The translations under genes were made by a program, and so were the position numbers. The notes beneath the pieces were generated by a model. That model was given only the letters and a program-made list of their open reading frames with translations. It made no database searches and was not told the DNA's origin. A stretch of DNA of 63,694 nt, the filler included, from Porpidia crustulata (lineage: Eukaryota), in assembly GCA_964255105.1 (NCBI GenBank). It is 7 parts of 7 records of this genome, joined end to end, with 100 filler letters (N's around TTAATTAATTAA, not from the genome) between each part and the next. Parts side by side here need not be neighbours in the genome. Positions count along the whole stretch, not along the records: positions 54,687 to 63,694 come from CAXUWE010001013.1; 6 more parts are not named here. The stretch is one strand, 5' to 3'. Below, in pieces: positions 61,978 to 63,694 of this stretch (positions within the stretch are counted from its first letter, which is position 1; every line of letters starts with the position of its first letter).

Positions 61978-63694
61978 ATGTCTGGGACAAGCTCTCCGAT
62001 AGCGAAGCGTGCGCCGCCCCTTGAAGACCAAACCACCAAAGCGGAGCCTGATACTGAGCAATCACAGCCCATCCTCGAGCAAGACGGAAAGGTTCTTCCG
62101 GCAGACGAGGAACCGTCTCAGCTGTCTGGCGATGGACATAGCAGACCGGTGCCCGCAGGTACAAAGCGACCGCGACCATCCGAAGATGAGCATAACGGTG
62201 CAACCTCAGCAGGCGCCAAAAGAGCTCGGACATCTGGAAATCATATCAGTGTGATATCTCAGGGCCAAAAGCGTCCGCGACCCTCAGACAGCGAAGGCGC
62301 TCCAGCCGGTCCTTTGGAAAAACGACCTCGACCATTCGAAAATGAAGGCTCTCAATCACGCCCACGAAAACGCCCAGGAGGTGCTTCTCGCATTGCAACA
62401 GCAGATAAAGAAGCAGCCCTTCAACGGCAGCACCAACGCGAAGAAGAAGCCAGACGAGCTGCTACCACTCGAGGCGTGCAAGACGTCGTACGACAACACT
62501 ACAATGCAGTCCCTCAACGGGGTAGGGATTGGCGAAAGACGGATAGTCGAATTAAAGGCTTACGTTCATTCAACAATTGGGTAAAGAGTGTAATCATTCA
62601 CAAATTCTCCCCGAGCGAAGGCGGTGGCGGAGCACCATTACGGATTTTGGACCTTGGGTGTGGCAAAGGGGGGGACTTGGGGAAATGGCAACAAGCGCCT
62701 CAGCCGGTCGAGCTCTACGTTGGGATTGATCCAGCGGAAATTTCAATCGATCAGGCGCGAGAAAGATACTCGGAGATGAGGAGTCGAGGTGGAGGAAGAG
62801 GTGGGAGAGGAGGCTACCGTCGGGACAGACCGCAAAGGATATTTGATGCCGAGTTTGTTGCCCAGGATGCATTCGGGCATTCCGTCGGAGGGATCCCGAC
62901 AATACGAGATGTCGGATTTGACCCGGCAGGTGGATCGAGATGGGGAGGTGGTGGCTTCGACGTGGTGTCTATGATGTTTTGCATGCACTACGCCTTTGAA
63001 AGCGAAGCAAAAGCCCGAGGAATGCTGCAGAATGTTGCCGGCAGTCTTCGGAAGGGGGGGCGGTTTCTAGGAACAATACCGAATTCGGATGTGATCCGAT
63101 CAAGAGTCGAGGCATTTCACGAGAAACAAGAATCCAAAACCAAGGCGCATCTGAACGGCGATGACGAATCAGAACCTGGGATAGACCACCAGCAAAACGA
63201 TGATCCTGAACCCAGTCCAGAAACAAAAGCGAAAGACACCGATGATCCCCCGTCAAGTCCGCAGAAAAACCCTCCCCCCAAAGACTCAGAAGAAGACCTC
63301 AACGTAGCAAGCTGGGGCAACAGCATCTACCGCGTCCGCTTTCCCAGCCAAACCCCCCACGACGGCGTCTTCCGCCCCCCCTTCGGTTGGAAATACAACT
63401 ACTTCATGGAAGAAGCCGTCGAAGTGCCCGAGTACGTCGTGCCATGGGAAGCTTTCCGAGCGTAAGCCCGTCCCTTCCTTTTTCTACTTATTCCTATCCC
63501 CTCTCCACGCCCATTTAAATCACAGGTGCTAACCCTCGTTCCCCCCTCCCCCCAACAGTTTGGCGGAAGACTACAACCTCGAGCTGGAGTACCGCAAACC
63601 ATTCACAGAGGTGTGGGATGAAGAGAAGGATGATCGCACGTTTGGACCGTTGAGCGAGCGAATGAGTGTGCGGGATCGGAGTGGGAAGTTTCTC
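61978..63694 (+). CDS. ABD1: mRNA cap guanine-N7 methyltransferase, 3' end truncated
   Basis: VRQHYNAVPQRGRDWRKTDSRIKGLRSFNNWVKS, SAM motif LDLGCGKGGDLGKW, FCMHYAFESE, VPEYVVPWEAFRA. Intron ~63462-63558. Confidence 0.95.

Overview
Intron-containing eukaryotic DNA from a filamentous ascomycete (Pezizomycotina-type GT-AG introns with CTRAY branch sites). The window is not one locus. It is seven ~9 kb contigs (9034, 9014, 9010, 9010, 9010, 9008, 9008 bp, in non-increasing length order) joined by identical artificial 100-bp spacers (N44-TTAATTAATTAA-N44), so gene order across spacers has no meaning. Most genes are housekeeping: DLT1, VPH1, glycerol-3-P acyltransferase, mitochondrial ACP, VPS74, ARC1, CHO2, an ataxin-10 protein, aquaporin, SWF1, a WW/FF splicing factor, PRE9, calpain, ALT1, RPN7 and ABD1. 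Best candidates for novelty: (1) a ~1230-aa NLR-like gene whose spliced form has an amyloid-like N/G/Q/S motif on its own first exon, a NACHT with a ZZ zinc finger inserted inside it and an altered Walker B, ankyrin repeats and a C-terminal membrane anchor; (2) decayed AT-rich DNA that has lost CC/GG but kept CA/TG and CG, suggesting a non-canonical RIP-like mutator; (3) an intronless ~1031-codon VWA-domain gene broken by one TGA and one frameshift; (4) an uncharacterised putative regulator with a ~690-nt AUG-free leader. All gene calls come from recognising motifs by eye; no database searches were run.
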